From positions 1 through 64,000 of IMG/VR virus record IMGVR_UViG_3300023202_000142: 64,000 bases of DNA; one strand, 5' to 3'. Each line of letters opens with the position of its first letter. Position 1 is the first letter of the stretch. The stretch is from a virus. A model generated the notes under the pieces. The model was given only the letters and a program-made list of their open reading frames with translations. It was not told the DNA's origin and searched no databases. This document shows positions 24,813 to 34,156 of the stretch, one piece after another. The position numbers were made by a program, and so were the translations under genes.

Positions 24813-25281
24813 TGGTCTCTTGCTCCACTGCAGGGCAAAGAGGTGGGAACTCGTGCTTGTTATCTGGCGTTCTGACCTGGGAGCCTCCGATGACGCGATC
24901 AGAGAAGACGGCGTTACACGCCGGGCAGTAACTCATCGTCTGAACCCAGGTGTTCGCCTGGTAAACCTTGAGGGGCACCAGTTCATGTTGCTTCCTTTCA
25001 GGCAGGTGTTCGGGAGCACCACCCTGGCACTGCTTCCAGCAGCTCGGGCAGACAGCTTTGCCCCCGATCCATGCCACGGCGTGGCCAGACTCTTGCGAAC
25101 CACATCGCTCGCAGGTGTAGGTGGTCTCGCTGTTCATGAAGTCCATGAAGGCGACCCAGCAACTCTTGCAGAGGTTGCCGCCCACACCACCATGTTCTAG
25201 CGGTTCAGTCGTCGTCGCGCTGAGGTAGTACTGCTCGAAGCCCTCCCAGGCCCCACCACAGCGTATGCATTCCTTACCCAT
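24805..25281 (-). CDS. multi-CxxC hypothetical protein
   Basis: ATG 25281 behind GAGGA. Confidence 0.6.
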   Translation of the reverse strand: MGKECIRCGGAWEGFEQYYLSATTTEPLEHGGVGGNLCKSCWVAFMDFMNSETTYTCERCGSQESGHAVAWIGGKAVCPSCWKQCQGGAPEHLPERKQHELVPLKVYQANTWVQTMSYCPACNAVFSDRVIGGSQVRTPDNKHEFPPLCPAVEQETNG

Positions 25282-25504
25282 GGAGATCCTCGGCGTCCTG
25301 AACTGAAACGAAGGCCGATGTCGGCCCGGGCTCTCCGGTATAGAAATCGTTCTCCTGCAGGATGATCCAGCGTCCGTCGGGCAGCTCGAACCATTCGAGA
25401 AGGTCGTTGTCGACGCGTTCACTGCGTTGCCGTATCCCTTCGACCTCAAGATCGTACCCGACTCCCTGTAGCCGAATTGGTCGTTCGTCCTCTTTGCTCT
25501 TCAT
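25274..25504 (-). CDS. hypothetical protein
   Basis: abutting ORF. Confidence 0.55.
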   Translation of the reverse strand: MKSKEDERPIRLQGVGYDLEVEGIRQRSERVDNDLLEWFELPDGRWIILQENDFYTGEPGPTSAFVSVQDAEDLHG

Positions 25505-25989
25505 CGGTGCTCCTCATAGATGTTGCGCGCAACGTCGACAGACGGGGTCTTCTCGATGAACGCTTCGGCGACTCGATCGATGTGGGCAATGACAGCCTCA
25601 ACATCGGACTCAGTCGGACACCCGCGGCCGTGATGCGCCGCAACGTGGCTCTCCACTGACTCGATGTAGGCCGACAGCCTTACCCTCCTGGCGCTTCCAA
25701 GACGCGCATGCATGGTTTCGAAGCGAGTCCACCCCCCGGCCTTTGAAGCCCTCCAGCACAGCGACCAGAAACCGTACTGGTTGTTCACTAAAGCGCTGAT
25801 GATCGCTTCGTTGCCGGACCACCCCGCTGTCGAGACTTCCAGGCAGCCATCCTCATACAGCTTCACGAACTGAGGATAGGTCCACAACTCGGCGACGTGC
25901 TTGAGCAGGCCCCACTGACCCACGACTGTTGTGCAGTCCCAGACGCGGATCTCGTCGAGCTGCTCCTCTGTTGGGTAGCCCTCGCTCAT
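25501..25989 (-). CDS. hypothetical phage protein
   Basis: GYPTEEQL...STAGWSGNEAII.AL. Confidence 0.65.
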   Translation of the reverse strand: MSEGYPTEEQLDEIRVWDCTTVVGQWGLLKHVAELWTYPQFVKLYEDGCLEVSTAGWSGNEAIISALVNNQYGFWSLCWRASKAGGWTRFETMHARLGSARRVRLSAYIESVESHVAAHHGRGCPTESDVEAVIAHIDRVAEAFIEKTPSVDVARNIYEEHR

Positions 25990-26420
25990 CCCTTGGGCTC
26001 CTGCGATGCCTCGGATGCCGCCGTGATCGCCTCGGCAAGCCCGTCCATCGACTCGACCGTGGCCTTTCCGATATTCTGTGAGGTGTACGCGACGACCTGG
26101 ACGCCATCCTTCACGTTGTCGATCTCCAGGTAGGCACTGTCATCGTCGATCGACATCGCCCTCACGATCGCCTCGAACACGAGACGACCGGGCGCAGTCG
26201 TAATCCGCTTGAACTCGATGTGCGCGGCAACGATCAGAACACCGAACGTCCAGGTGCCACATGTCTCCCCGGAGCGCATTGCCCCCAGGGCGTCGTCGAG
26301 GCAGCAGAAAACACCGTTGTCCAGGATCTGGACCAGTTCATTGAACTGCGACTCGTCCATGGTCTCCCGCCACGGTGCGACGTCATAACGGCTGGCGATT
26401 TCTCGTTGAATGTCGTCCAT
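25986..26420 (-). CDS. hypothetical protein
   Basis: ATG 26420 behind GAGGAAGAG. Confidence 0.6.
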   Translation of the reverse strand: MDDIQREIASRYDVAPWRETMDESQFNELVQILDNGVFCCLDDALGAMRSGETCGTWTFGVLIVAAHIEFKRITTAPGRLVFEAIVRAMSIDDDSAYLEIDNVKDGVQVVAYTSQNIGKATVESMDGLAEAITAASEASQEPKG

Positions 26421-26421
26421 G

Positions 26422-26709
26422 TCACTCTTCCTCGTGCCTGAAGCGTTCGGGGTAAATCCTGCGCTGGCGCTGCGTCTCCAGTTCGATGTCGTACGGATGC
26501 ATCTCGGGCTGCGGTCTGGGGTGACAGCGCTTCCAGAATCGCTTGAGCGCATTGTAGACCTGGGGTTCCACGAAGATCGTGTTGTCTCCGGCAGTCAGTT
26601 CGACCTGGTAGCCGTCGAAGCGCGCATAGACCCCGTCACCGAGGTACTCGGCTTGGACGTCCTCAGCGGCTTTCTCGTCAGTATCCGGGGGCGTCATCGC
26701 CAGCTCCAT
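26422..26709 (-). CDS. hypothetical phage protein
   Basis: EYLGDGVYARFDGYQVELT. Confidence 0.6.
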   Translation of the reverse strand: MELAMTPPDTDEKAAEDVQAEYLGDGVYARFDGYQVELTAGDNTIFVEPQVYNALKRFWKRCHPRPQPEMHPYDIELETQRQRRIYPERFRHEEE

Positions 26710-26953
26710 TTCCGGGATTGCAGTACAGCGGTGCGACGACCTGGATGCGCACCTTCACGGGCACGATCTTGAGGCCGGGCGACCGGGTGTCGTATTCGCC
26801 ATCCTCGACGGTCGACGATCCATCGAGACCCCAGGGCTTGTAGTGCAAGGGGCCCGGCTGTCGATTCGGCGTGTGCGGGACGAAGAACCCCTCGTTGTAC
26901 TCATCGAATCGGATCGGGTGAGGTAGTAGCATCTGGTATGCAACTTCGGTCAT
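26678..26953 (-). CDS. hypothetical protein
   Basis: GAGGAG SD. Confidence 0.55.
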   Translation of the reverse strand: MTEVAYQMLLPHPIRFDEYNEGFFVPHTPNRQPGPLHYKPWGLDGSSTVEDGEYDTRSPGLKIVPVKVRIQVVAPLYCNPGNGAGDDAPGY

Positions 26954-27078
26954 TGCTGTTCTCCTCTCAGTCGGTCCCTGAGCCGTTCGACTCCGTGAAC
27001 CAACCGGATGTACCGAACCGTCATAACGATGCCGTACCAGGTTGCTATGATAGCCCAGGCGAAAGTGTAGTCATTCAT
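26950..27078 (-). CDS. small membrane protein (42 aa)
   Basis: MNDYTFAWAIIATWYGIVMTVRY...; fills gap with overlaps both sides. Confidence 0.45.
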   Translation of the reverse strand: MNDYTFAWAIIATWYGIVMTVRYIRLVHGVERLRDRLRGEQQ

Positions 27079-27425
27079 GACTTCCTCAGCGGGTTGTGTC
27101 GTGTGTACTCGATTCGTGTCTTGCATCCGTCCTGCTTCAGCAGCGCGTAGGTGTGCTTGGAGCTACGGACACTGAGGCGTCTGGGATGGCTCAGAACAAC
27201 AGTGTCTTCGCGCGACCCGAGCTTTCGCCACCCGGATCTTTTGAGCCTGGTGACATGCCACTGCACGGGGTTGTCGCAGACGTAGACACGCCAGCCGCAG
27301 TGCTCGCAGGTCTTTCGGATCTGCTTCGAGGATCCGTGCATGCCGCAGCAGGGGCATCGGTAGTGAAGCATGCCATCTCGACGGACCAGGGTGCCCGAGA
27401 AGTTCTCGTAGTGCAGTTCAGTCAT
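27075..27425 (-). CDS. Zn-ribbon hypothetical protein
   Basis: CPCC...CEHC. Confidence 0.6.
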   Translation of the reverse strand: MTELHYENFSGTLVRRDGMLHYRCPCCGMHGSSKQIRKTCEHCGWRVYVCDNPVQWHVTRLKRSGWRKLGSREDTVVLSHPRRLSVRSSKHTYALLKQDGCKTRIEYTRHNPLRKS

Positions 27426-27736
27426 TTCGCACCCGGGTGCAGAGCTTCGAGTCTTGCGCAGGATTCACAGTAGGGGTCGTCGTCGGGGTGTTCAGTCAAG
27501 GGTCCACCGCAATCCGAACAGACCTCGGTGTTCCCGAAGAGCATCGCGCGGTGTCGGGCGTCCATCCCTGTAACCGGAGCGTGTGCCGCATCGCGATCGA
27601 TGCAACGCTCACAGAGCGCATCGACGCCGGGCTCGCCGCAGAAGCGGGCGCACTGGTCGCACAGCGGCATTCCGCAGTCCTCGCATTCGGCCTCAGCGGT
27701 GTCCGAGCACTGGATGCACCAGTCTTGTCTCATCAC
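27422..27736 (-). CDS. multi-CxxC Zn-finger protein
   Basis: six CxxC motifs. Confidence 0.6.
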   Translation of the reverse strand: MMRQDWCIQCSDTAEAECEDCGMPLCDQCARFCGEPGVDALCERCIDRDAAHAPVTGMDARHRAMLFGNTEVCSDCGGPLTEHPDDDPYCESCARLEALHPGAK

Positions 27737-27963
27737 CAGGTCACCTTGTCTGTGGCCTGCTTCAGATACGTCAGCCGGTCCTCCTCAGACGGCGCGGCAG
27801 CGATGAACGCTTTCATGAGCAACTCGACGTAGACATAGTCTCCGAAAAGTGCGTCGACGTAGCTGTCCATGATCTCGGGGTCGTCGCCCTGCTCAATGAC
27901 CGCCTCGACAAGGTCGTTGACGGCCTTGACGCAGCTATCTTTGGTTTCCTGGCTTGCCATCAT
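27733..27963 (-). CDS. hypothetical protein
   Basis: abutting ORF. Confidence 0.6.
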   Translation of the reverse strand: MMASQETKDSCVKAVNDLVEAVIEQGDDPEIMDSYVDALFGDYVYVELLMKAFIAAAPSEEDRLTYLKQATDKVTW

Positions 27964-28490
27964 CAGTCCTTTGCTTCAGTGGTTGTGAGTTTGTCCCAGT
28001 CGACAGGGCTGACCTCGTCGGTCGTGATGATATCCGCTTGCATGATTCTGGCGGAGACCTCACCGACGACCGAGGCACGCTCTCTGTCTGTCAGCGCATC
28101 GGTTGCAATTTGCAGTTCCTGTGCGGCGACGTGCGATGACACGGCGGCCTCGATGTAGCGCTCGATGCGGATGTTGATGCAGTCCCCGCAGACCTCCCGC
28201 AGTTTGTCGCGGTACTGGACCAGGAGGTCGGGGTCGTTGATCGGGAAGGGCTCGTCGGCGTAGTCCTCGATCTCGTAGAGCTTCTCTTCGGCGTAGTTCA
28301 GCGCATCCGCGGCTTTGAGCGGCCAGAGTTCGGTATGCGCGTTGTACCACAGCGTATCTGCCCAGCCGGGCGTCCTGAGTTCGGAATCGGTGACGAGTAT
28401 GACCGCGTAGTCGGCCGCGGACATGTCGTCCCAGACCTGGATTTCGCCATCAGGCCACTCGAATGTCGCGTTGTTGTCGTTCACATCCAT
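27963..28490 (-). CDS. hypothetical protein
   Basis: abutting ORF. Confidence 0.6.
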   Translation of the reverse strand: MDVNDNNATFEWPDGEIQVWDDMSAADYAVILVTDSELRTPGWADTLWYNAHTELWPLKAADALNYAEEKLYEIEDYADEPFPINDPDLLVQYRDKLREVCGDCINIRIERYIEAAVSSHVAAQELQIATDALTDRERASVVGEVSARIMQADIITTDEVSPVDWDKLTTTEAKD

Positions 28491-28999
28491 TCTCCGAAGA
28501 GGTAGAGACGAATCTTGCCCAGGAAGTGGGGGTGTACGGCGAGACCGACGTCGTGGAAGATCTGTTCCAGCTCGTCATGGGTCCAGTCGGCGTCATCTGC
28601 CTCGTCGTAGCCGCCGTAGTAGAAATCACGTCCGATGTAGAGTGCCTCGTCGTTCCCGGAGGGGTCCTGGCGCCAGATCAACTCGATGCCCTCGATGTCG
28701 AGCCGGGCCTCGTCAACCAGTGCGCCGGGGCTCTGTCCGCAGCTCTCCCAGTCTGCATCAGTGAACGGTCGGCCTCTGCGGTCCGTGAGAGGCACGGGGA
28801 GACGTTTGCTGAGAACGCTATACGTCACGGGCGCAGGGCGACCTCTACCGCATCTGGGGCAGAACTGGACGGTCTCATCATCGAACTCGTCGCGGTGTTC
28901 GCAGAAGTAGTGGTCGGGAACCCTGGACTCAGTGGTCCAGAACTCTTCGATGGGGATCTGGATGCCAATCAAGCCGTGGATGTAGAGATGGTGGCCCAT
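28481..28999 (-). CDS. hypothetical protein
   Basis: abutting ORF. Confidence 0.6.
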   Translation of the reverse strand: MGHHLYIHGLIGIQIPIEEFWTTESRVPDHYFCEHRDEFDDETVQFCPRCGRGRPAPVTYSVLSKRLPVPLTDRRGRPFTDADWESCGQSPGALVDEARLDIEGIELIWRQDPSGNDEALYIGRDFYYGGYDEADDADWTHDELEQIFHDVGLAVHPHFLGKIRLYLFGEWM

Positions 29000-29001
29000 T
29001 G

Positions 29002-29208
29002 TCAGTTCTCGTCCGGCGTCTCGCGTTTCCGCAGTGTCCCGTCAGCTTCGACGACCATGGCACCCTCCCAGGCATCAGCAGCACACTCGTCGCTGCAAAA
29101 CACCGGGAACCCTGGTGGGGTGTTGTCGTAGTGCGCTTCGGCCAACGCGCAGCCGCAGCCGCCACAGAGTTGTCCCTGCGTTACCATTTCAGAGATGTCT
29201 CCCATCAT
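29002..29208 (-). CDS. small Zn-binding hypothetical protein
   Basis: CGGCG...FCSDEC; AGGAG SD. Confidence 0.6.
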   Translation of the reverse strand: MMGDISEMVTQGQLCGGCGCALAEAHYDNTPPGFPVFCSDECAADAWEGAMVVEADGTLRKRETPDEN

Positions 29209-29265
29209 GATCTCCTGTTCGTTGTGTCGCCAAGGGGGACTACAGGGGGATGTTGATCGCGATTT

Positions 29266-29484
29266 TCAGCCATTTCTGGACCTCCGCTTGCTCAGATACG
29301 GGTGGATGTCGCGGACCTTGCCGGACATGATGGCGTCTCGGTCGTCCAGGGTGAGACGGTAGCCGGGGCAGAAAGTGAGCAATTCACCTTCGGCGCAGCC
29401 ACAACGACGGCAGTACCGGCAACCCGCGCAGATGAAGCAGCGGCCACAATCGGTATCACAGGTCTCGAAGACATGAGCGGTCAT
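29266..29484 (-). CDS. Cys-rich hypothetical protein
   Basis: CFICAGCRYCRRCGC. Confidence 0.55.
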   Translation of the reverse strand: MTAHVFETCDTDCGRCFICAGCRYCRRCGCAEGELLTFCPGYRLTLDDRDAIMSGKVRDIHPYLSKRRSRNG

Positions 29485-29955
29485 GCAGACCTCGGCTCGG
29501 ATGCGGCGACACTTTGGGCCCACAGCTCCCTGATGCCCTCACAGACGGCTTCGAGATCTGCGGCTTCACCGTCCGACCCCACCATGCCTGTACCGCCACT
29601 GACGGTCTTCAGTGGGCGGCTGAACGATAGCCTCGAAGAGATGTCCGCGGTCGAGAAACCAGCCATTGACTTTGCGGCGATACTTCGCATTCACCCCAAG
29701 GGACTCGGCGAGGTACGCGGTGACGTCCTCGACAGACCACTGGCCCACATGGGGGTAATCGGCGGCTTCAACCATTTCGAACCGCCACAGCGACTGAGAC
29801 GCCCGGTGTACCTCACCGTCGATGAAGACATAGATGGAAGCCGAATGGGTCGATCTCTCAGCGACCTCATAGACCTCACCGACCTCCAGCTTAGAGTTGT
29901 GGTGCGGGCTGACGTAGCGAACCAGGTCTCCAGGTTTGAAATTACGACGGCTCAT
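29481..29955 (-). pseudogene. probable frameshifted gene (extra base in the G4/C4 run at 29577-29580)
   Basis: MSRRNFKPGDLV...WRYRHG frame stops at 29566; the other frame continues GSDGEAADLEAVCEGIRELW to a stop overlapping the next ATG. Confidence 0.45.
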
Positions 29956-30214
29956 CAGACTCCTCGCGGCGTTCGGTGGGGTAGCCGTTCTGCAACGGCC
30001 TGAGATCGATGTAGCCGGACTCCAGCGCCTTGCCGAACCAGGTGGCGATGACCTCAGACTCGATATCCGGGTTGATTTCGATGCGGACGTAGTTGTCGTC
30101 AAAGGGCAGTCGCAGCAGGAACCGACGGCCGCTTCGGTCATGTGAAACCGACTCGGCCATGACAAGTTCGGCGCCCTCGTTGGGATAGTCGTTGTAGTAG
30201 CAGACACGGATCAT
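29942..30214 (-). CDS. hypothetical protein
   Basis: AGGAG SD. Confidence 0.6.
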   Translation of the reverse strand: MIRVCYYNDYPNEGAELVMAESVSHDRSGRRFLLRLPFDDNYVRIEINPDIESEVIATWFGKALESGYIDLRPLQNGYPTERREESDEPS

Positions 30215-30579
30215 GATGGCTCCTGGAGGACCGTGATACGCATACGGGGCGGCGCATCATTGAGTTCGACGGTGTAGAACCTCTCAGACGCGTTATGCAG
30301 CGTTCGGATCCCGGCAAGCATGTAGTCGACACCCCTGAGCTTCAAAGCCCTCCTGGCAGCGCTGTGCTTGTCGGTGGCTGTGATCCACATCGTGCGGGTG
30401 ACCTCCCCGGAGTAGTTGTCGAGAAACTCGACGTTGTAGCGACGCTTCTCGGGTTCGGAGGGACAGCCCCAGCCAGGGATGTGGTGGGCAGACATCGGCT
30501 TACCACAGAACGCGCAGGGCGTAGCTGTCGTCGCAGCCTTGGGGTCGTCGCAACTCGGCATGTAGGTACGGTCATTCAT
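30211..30579 (-). CDS. hypothetical protein
   Basis: AGGAGG SD. Confidence 0.6.
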   Translation of the reverse strand: MNDRTYMPSCDDPKAATTATPCAFCGKPMSAHHIPGWGCPSEPEKRRYNVEFLDNYSGEVTRTMWITATDKHSAARRALKLRGVDYMLAGIRTLHNASERFYTVELNDAPPRMRITVLQEPS

Positions 30580-30986
30580 CGCACCCTCCTGCTGAGGATG
30601 ACCTCATCAACACGGACCTCGCCGGTATTCGTGTTCCGCGCCCGGATGGTGTCACCAACACAGGGCTCGTGGGCGTACAGGGAGTCCTCGGTGTGGATGT
30701 AGTCGTTGAGTACGGCGCAGTAGTCACGGAACGCCAACACCGCGGAGTCGAAGCGCGGCAAGGAACCCGAAGCACGACGCACGCCGACGTACTCGTCACC
30801 ACGAAGCACTTCGAGCACCCACGCCTCTCGGTTCATGCGGGCATGCCTGCGGTTCTCAGCGGCCTCGTAAGCCAGTCTGTAGGCACGGGGCCTGCTGGTG
30901 TCACAGACCAACCTCTCGGTCTTCTCAGACAGCCCTGCGACGTCCACAGCGTGATCTCTACGAGCTACGGCCTCTGCATCTCTCAT
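30576..30986 (-). CDS. hypothetical protein (first gene of the leftward arm)
   Basis: AGGAGGTAGC SD. Confidence 0.65.
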   Translation of the reverse strand: MRDAEAVARRDHAVDVAGLSEKTERLVCDTSRPRAYRLAYEAAENRRHARMNREAWVLEVLRGDEYVGVRRASGSLPRFDSAVLAFRDYCAVLNDYIHTEDSLYAHEPCVGDTIRARNTNTGEVRVDEVILSRRVR

Positions 30987-31017
30987 CGCTACCTCCTCTT
31001 CAGTACGGGGCACACAC

Positions 31018-31048
31018 AGAACTAGTGCACGCATTGCACACTGTCAAC
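31018..31048 (-). promoter_or_regulatory. promoter cassette driving the left arm
   Basis: (-) TTGACA-GTGTGCAATGCGTGCAC-TAGTTC. Confidence 0.7.
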
Positions 31049-31387
31049 CACCTTCTCACCCACTGGTACAGAAAGCTGTACACGCTCTCCAATGCATTGG
31101 CGGAAAACACGGAGAAAGCGCTAGTAGATGTTCGTAGACCCAGAGAGGAACCGACGCGGGCTAGCAACTACAGGGAGCCAGTGGGGGGCCATAGGGGATA
31201 CACAGGATACCTGGGGCCACAGGGGGCTGTAGGGGCCACCTCAGAGCGTGTTCACCGCTGGGAGGGAGAAGGGTGGGGATGGGGGGACCAACGGGTCGGC
31301 ACGGGCGCAGGACGTAAATGCACGAGCCGCCGAAGCGCAGACCGAGGCGAACCCTGGGGTTCCAGGCCCTCGGCCCCGAAGGCTGGG

Positions 31388-31655
31388 CTCAAACTCCCCA
31401 TTGGTCGCTCAGGCGCTTGACGCAAGCAGCGCAGACCACCGCACGCCACCCAGGACCTCAAACTCCCCATGCCTGGGGTCCGGGCTTGACATCCGTCGCG
31501 CGAAGGCGTCCTTCAGGAGCCCAGGCGTCACAGCCCGGGCGCGCTGTGACAGATGAGCGCGTTTGTGCAGGTATTCCGGGAGGTTGTCAAGACGCGCGAG
31601 GTACTTATGGGGAGTTTGAAGACCGGGGCACCGAACCACGAATGGGGGGTTTGAA
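31388..31655. repeat. dyad-symmetric repeat element at the strand switch
   Basis: CTCAAACTCCCCAT at 31388 and 31457, inverted at 31607 and (variant) 31642; CTTGAC boxes; central GTCACAGC/GCTGTGAC. Confidence 0.85.
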
Positions 31656-31873
31656 CCCCCGGGTCGCCCGGCCCCCAGGCCCTCGCTCGCAATGGTGCGC
31701 TGAGTCCAATCGGCGCTCCGTCCCGCGTATGGTTTTACCTCGGCCTTGGACGGTTGGTCACGTCTCCAAATTTTTCTAAACCACAAATCGTTGGCAGGCC
31801 CATGGCGGAACCTGGGTTCGTCCGGGGGGTCATGGGGGCAACGCTTTTCGTCTCTTGCGCGGTCACCTCCCGG

Positions 31874-31890
31874 TGTGTAATGTGTGCACA
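31874..31890 (+). promoter_or_regulatory. -10/GTGCAC element driving the right arm
   Basis: TGTG-TAATGT-GTGCAC. Confidence 0.5.
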
Positions 31891-31937
31891 CTCCTGCACA
31901 GAAATGGGTAGGGGGTTCCTTACTACTGGAGAGCGAG

Positions 31938-32354
31938 ATGAGCGAGACAGAGAACACGATTCGAGAACTGAAGATGGCTGGTGCGGCGACCCAGGAGGAC
32001 CTCACGGCGATGGTGGGGTCCGTGGAGGCCCTGAACGCCGAGACGGGCCATGAGTGGTTCTGTCTTGGCCCGGGAGTCTTCGCGATGCCCCTGAACTACA
32101 GGGGCCCCGTTGTCACGGCGATGGCAGGGGACGGAGATGTCCGCGCCGAGGACGTCGTGCAGATCGAGCCTGAGTTCTCGGTGGTGATTCGGGAGGACGA
32201 TGACGGCACCGGGTGGCACTCCCTGTTGATCATCGGTGGGTCCGACTATGGCGTCGGGTGCTCCGAAAGCATCATCGAGGCTGCGGAGGTCGGTCTGGCG
32301 CTGCTGTCCGAGGTGGCTTCGAGTGCCGCGGCTGCGTTGGGCGGAGCTGAGTAA
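31938..32354 (+). CDS. hypothetical protein (first gene of the rightward arm)
   Basis: ATG 31938 behind GGAGAG. Confidence 0.6.
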   Translation: MSETENTIRELKMAGAATQEDLTAMVGSVEALNAETGHEWFCLGPGVFAMPLNYRGPVVTAMAGDGDVRAEDVVQIEPEFSVVIREDDDGTGWHSLLIIGGSDYGVGCSESIIEAAEVGLALLSEVASSAAAALGGAE

Positions 32355-32935
32355 TGGCCTGGCGAAGGAAAGTGGAGTTGGTGCTGCCAGACCAGAGTAC
32401 CGTGAGACTCCCTGACGGCATCGAGACGCCGCGTAGGGGGGAAGAGTTGGTGCTGGACGGGGATGAGTTCAAGATTGGCTCAACCAGGCGTGTGCTTTGT
32501 TCTACGGGCACCGTGGTCGAGGAGACCATCCACATCAACGCAGAGGTCATCCAGCCTGGTCGGCGCTGCCACTACTGTGACGAATTCGTCCCTCCGGGTG
32601 AGGGCTACATGCGGGTCGAGATGTACTGCTCCATGCGGTGCGCGAAAGCCTGTAGAGAGGAATCCCGCGGTTCTGCTGCCTGGGGTCCTGACAGGATGGA
32701 GCGCGCCAGGCACATCGCCGACCACGGCTGGGACTACTCAATGGGGCCGTCGCTGCACGAGGCGTTGGACGAAATCGAGCGTCTCAACGGCGTCCTGGAG
32801 TCGGTTGCCGGTCCCCGGGGTCCGCGCTGCGAGAGCTGCAAGAACTTCGTCAGGGGCTTCGAGGTCCGTCGTCACGGGCACCTGTACTGCAGTCGATACT
32901 GCGCCGATGTTGGCGTGAGGCAGGAGGAAGAATGA
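32354..32935 (+). CDS. hypothetical protein with two CxxC...YCSxxC (TRASH-like) Zn motifs
   Basis: CHYC...YCSMRC and CESC...YCSRYC. Confidence 0.65.
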   Translation: MAWRRKVELVLPDQSTVRLPDGIETPRRGEELVLDGDEFKIGSTRRVLCSTGTVVEETIHINAEVIQPGRRCHYCDEFVPPGEGYMRVEMYCSMRCAKACREESRGSAAWGPDRMERARHIADHGWDYSMGPSLHEALDEIERLNGVLESVAGPRGPRCESCKNFVRGFEVRRHGHLYCSRYCADVGVRQEEE

Positions 32936-33480
32936 CGGACTGGAACCCCACACTCTCTCCACTGAAGGATGTGGACCGCAGCGGAACGCTCACTGAACAG
33001 TTCGAGCGCTTCCATGCCGCGAACCCCCACGTCTTCGAGTCCATCTATCAGATGACCACACAGCTTCACGGCAGGGGGCTCAGTCGGGGGTCAATGAAGA
33101 TGATATTTGAGCGGTTGCGGTGGCTCTACGCCATCCAGACGATGGGTGAGACGTTCAGATTGAACAACAACTACACCAGCTACTACGCACGAGTTGTCCA
33201 TGCCTACGACCCGTCACTGGAGGGTTTCTTCGAGGTCCGGTCCCAGCGGGACGAGTACGAGCCAGACCTCGAAGAGCTTGGCCTTGATCCCGAGAACAGA
33301 TCGGAGATGCGCCAACAGACTCCGTCACTGCCTCCGCAAGAGGTTGTCAGTTCCGCCCTGAGAGCAATGAGGCAGATGCACAGGGATTACAACGACTACT
33401 ACGGGGAGCCGCCGCCACAAGACTACATCACCGTGGCGAAATGGCTCTCAGCGATGAACAAGGCTAGGAAACGTGACTGA
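32932..33480 (+). CDS. hypothetical phage protein
   Basis: FERFHAANPHVF...RLNNNYTSYYAR. Confidence 0.65.
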   Translation: MTDWNPTLSPLKDVDRSGTLTEQFERFHAANPHVFESIYQMTTQLHGRGLSRGSMKMIFERLRWLYAIQTMGETFRLNNNYTSYYARVVHAYDPSLEGFFEVRSQRDEYEPDLEELGLDPENRSEMRQQTPSLPPQEVVSSALRAMRQMHRDYNDYYGEPPPQDYITVAKWLSAMNKARKRD

Positions 33481-33679
33481 CTGGGGTATCAAACAGGGAC
33501 CAGACGACCGCGTCTTCGTTCACACCGATGAAGACGCGGTCGAGGTGGAGAACCTCTTGACGCACCTCTATGGCAACCAGGACTGGACTGCGTGGTTCCA
33601 GGTCGGTGATCGCTGGGTCCGCCAGCTCTCCGACGGAACCTCTGAGTGGCGTGACAACAAACCGGAGAACTGGCCATGA
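33473..33679 (+). CDS. hypothetical protein
   Basis: abutting ORF. Confidence 0.55.
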   Translation: MTDWGIKQGPDDRVFVHTDEDAVEVENLLTHLYGNQDWTAWFQVGDRWVRQLSDGTSEWRDNKPENWP

Positions 33680-33867
33680 GTGTCTGGATACCGAAGCTGA
33701 AACGACTGGGGGCCACGGAGTCCGACATCGAGGACTTCGAGGAGCGCGCCGCGATCATGGAGTACATGGGTCTACAGGACCGCAGGACGGCCGAGAAGAA
33801 CGCGTACGGCATCGTGTCCAAGCGCGTCTACGCCCTGAAGAGGAAGCGACGTGACGCTGATAGCTGA
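33676..33867 (+). CDS. small helical hypothetical protein
   Basis: FEERAAIMEY...RRTAE. Confidence 0.6.
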   Translation: MSVWIPKLKRLGATESDIEDFEERAAIMEYMGLQDRRTAEKNAYGIVSKRVYALKRKRRDADS

Positions 33868-34156
33868 CAGGCCAGAGCCGACCATCGAGCCCAGTGGGTT
33901 CAGAGGTGACCGCTTCGTGGTGGTGAATCAGACGTCCTCCTACGCCTTCAGGTCAGGCCGCTGGGTCCGATTGCATCCACCCGTTCGGGTCCAGCGACCC
34001 GAGCCGGTTCCTCGGGAGGGGTTCAAGCCTGGCATCCTCTACTCCCTTTTCGCGGCGGCGAGGCTGTACGCTGGTCAACTCGCGCGCCGTGAAGCTGATA
34101 TGCAGATGCCCATGATGGTGGGAGATCTCTTCTGCATGGAGCAAGACGATGACTGA
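33851..34156 (+). CDS. hypothetical protein
   Basis: abutting ORF. Confidence 0.5.
   Translation: MTLIADRPEPTIEPSGFRGDRFVVVNQTSSYAFRSGRWVRLHPPVRVQRPEPVPREGFKPGILYSLFAAARLYAGQLARREADMQMPMMVGDLFCMEQDDD

Noticed and set aside
31417-31591. TTGAC boxes in the switch region as convergent sigma70 promoters
   Set aside because: No -10-like hexamer 16-19 nt downstream of any of them; treated as binding boxes of the dyad element.
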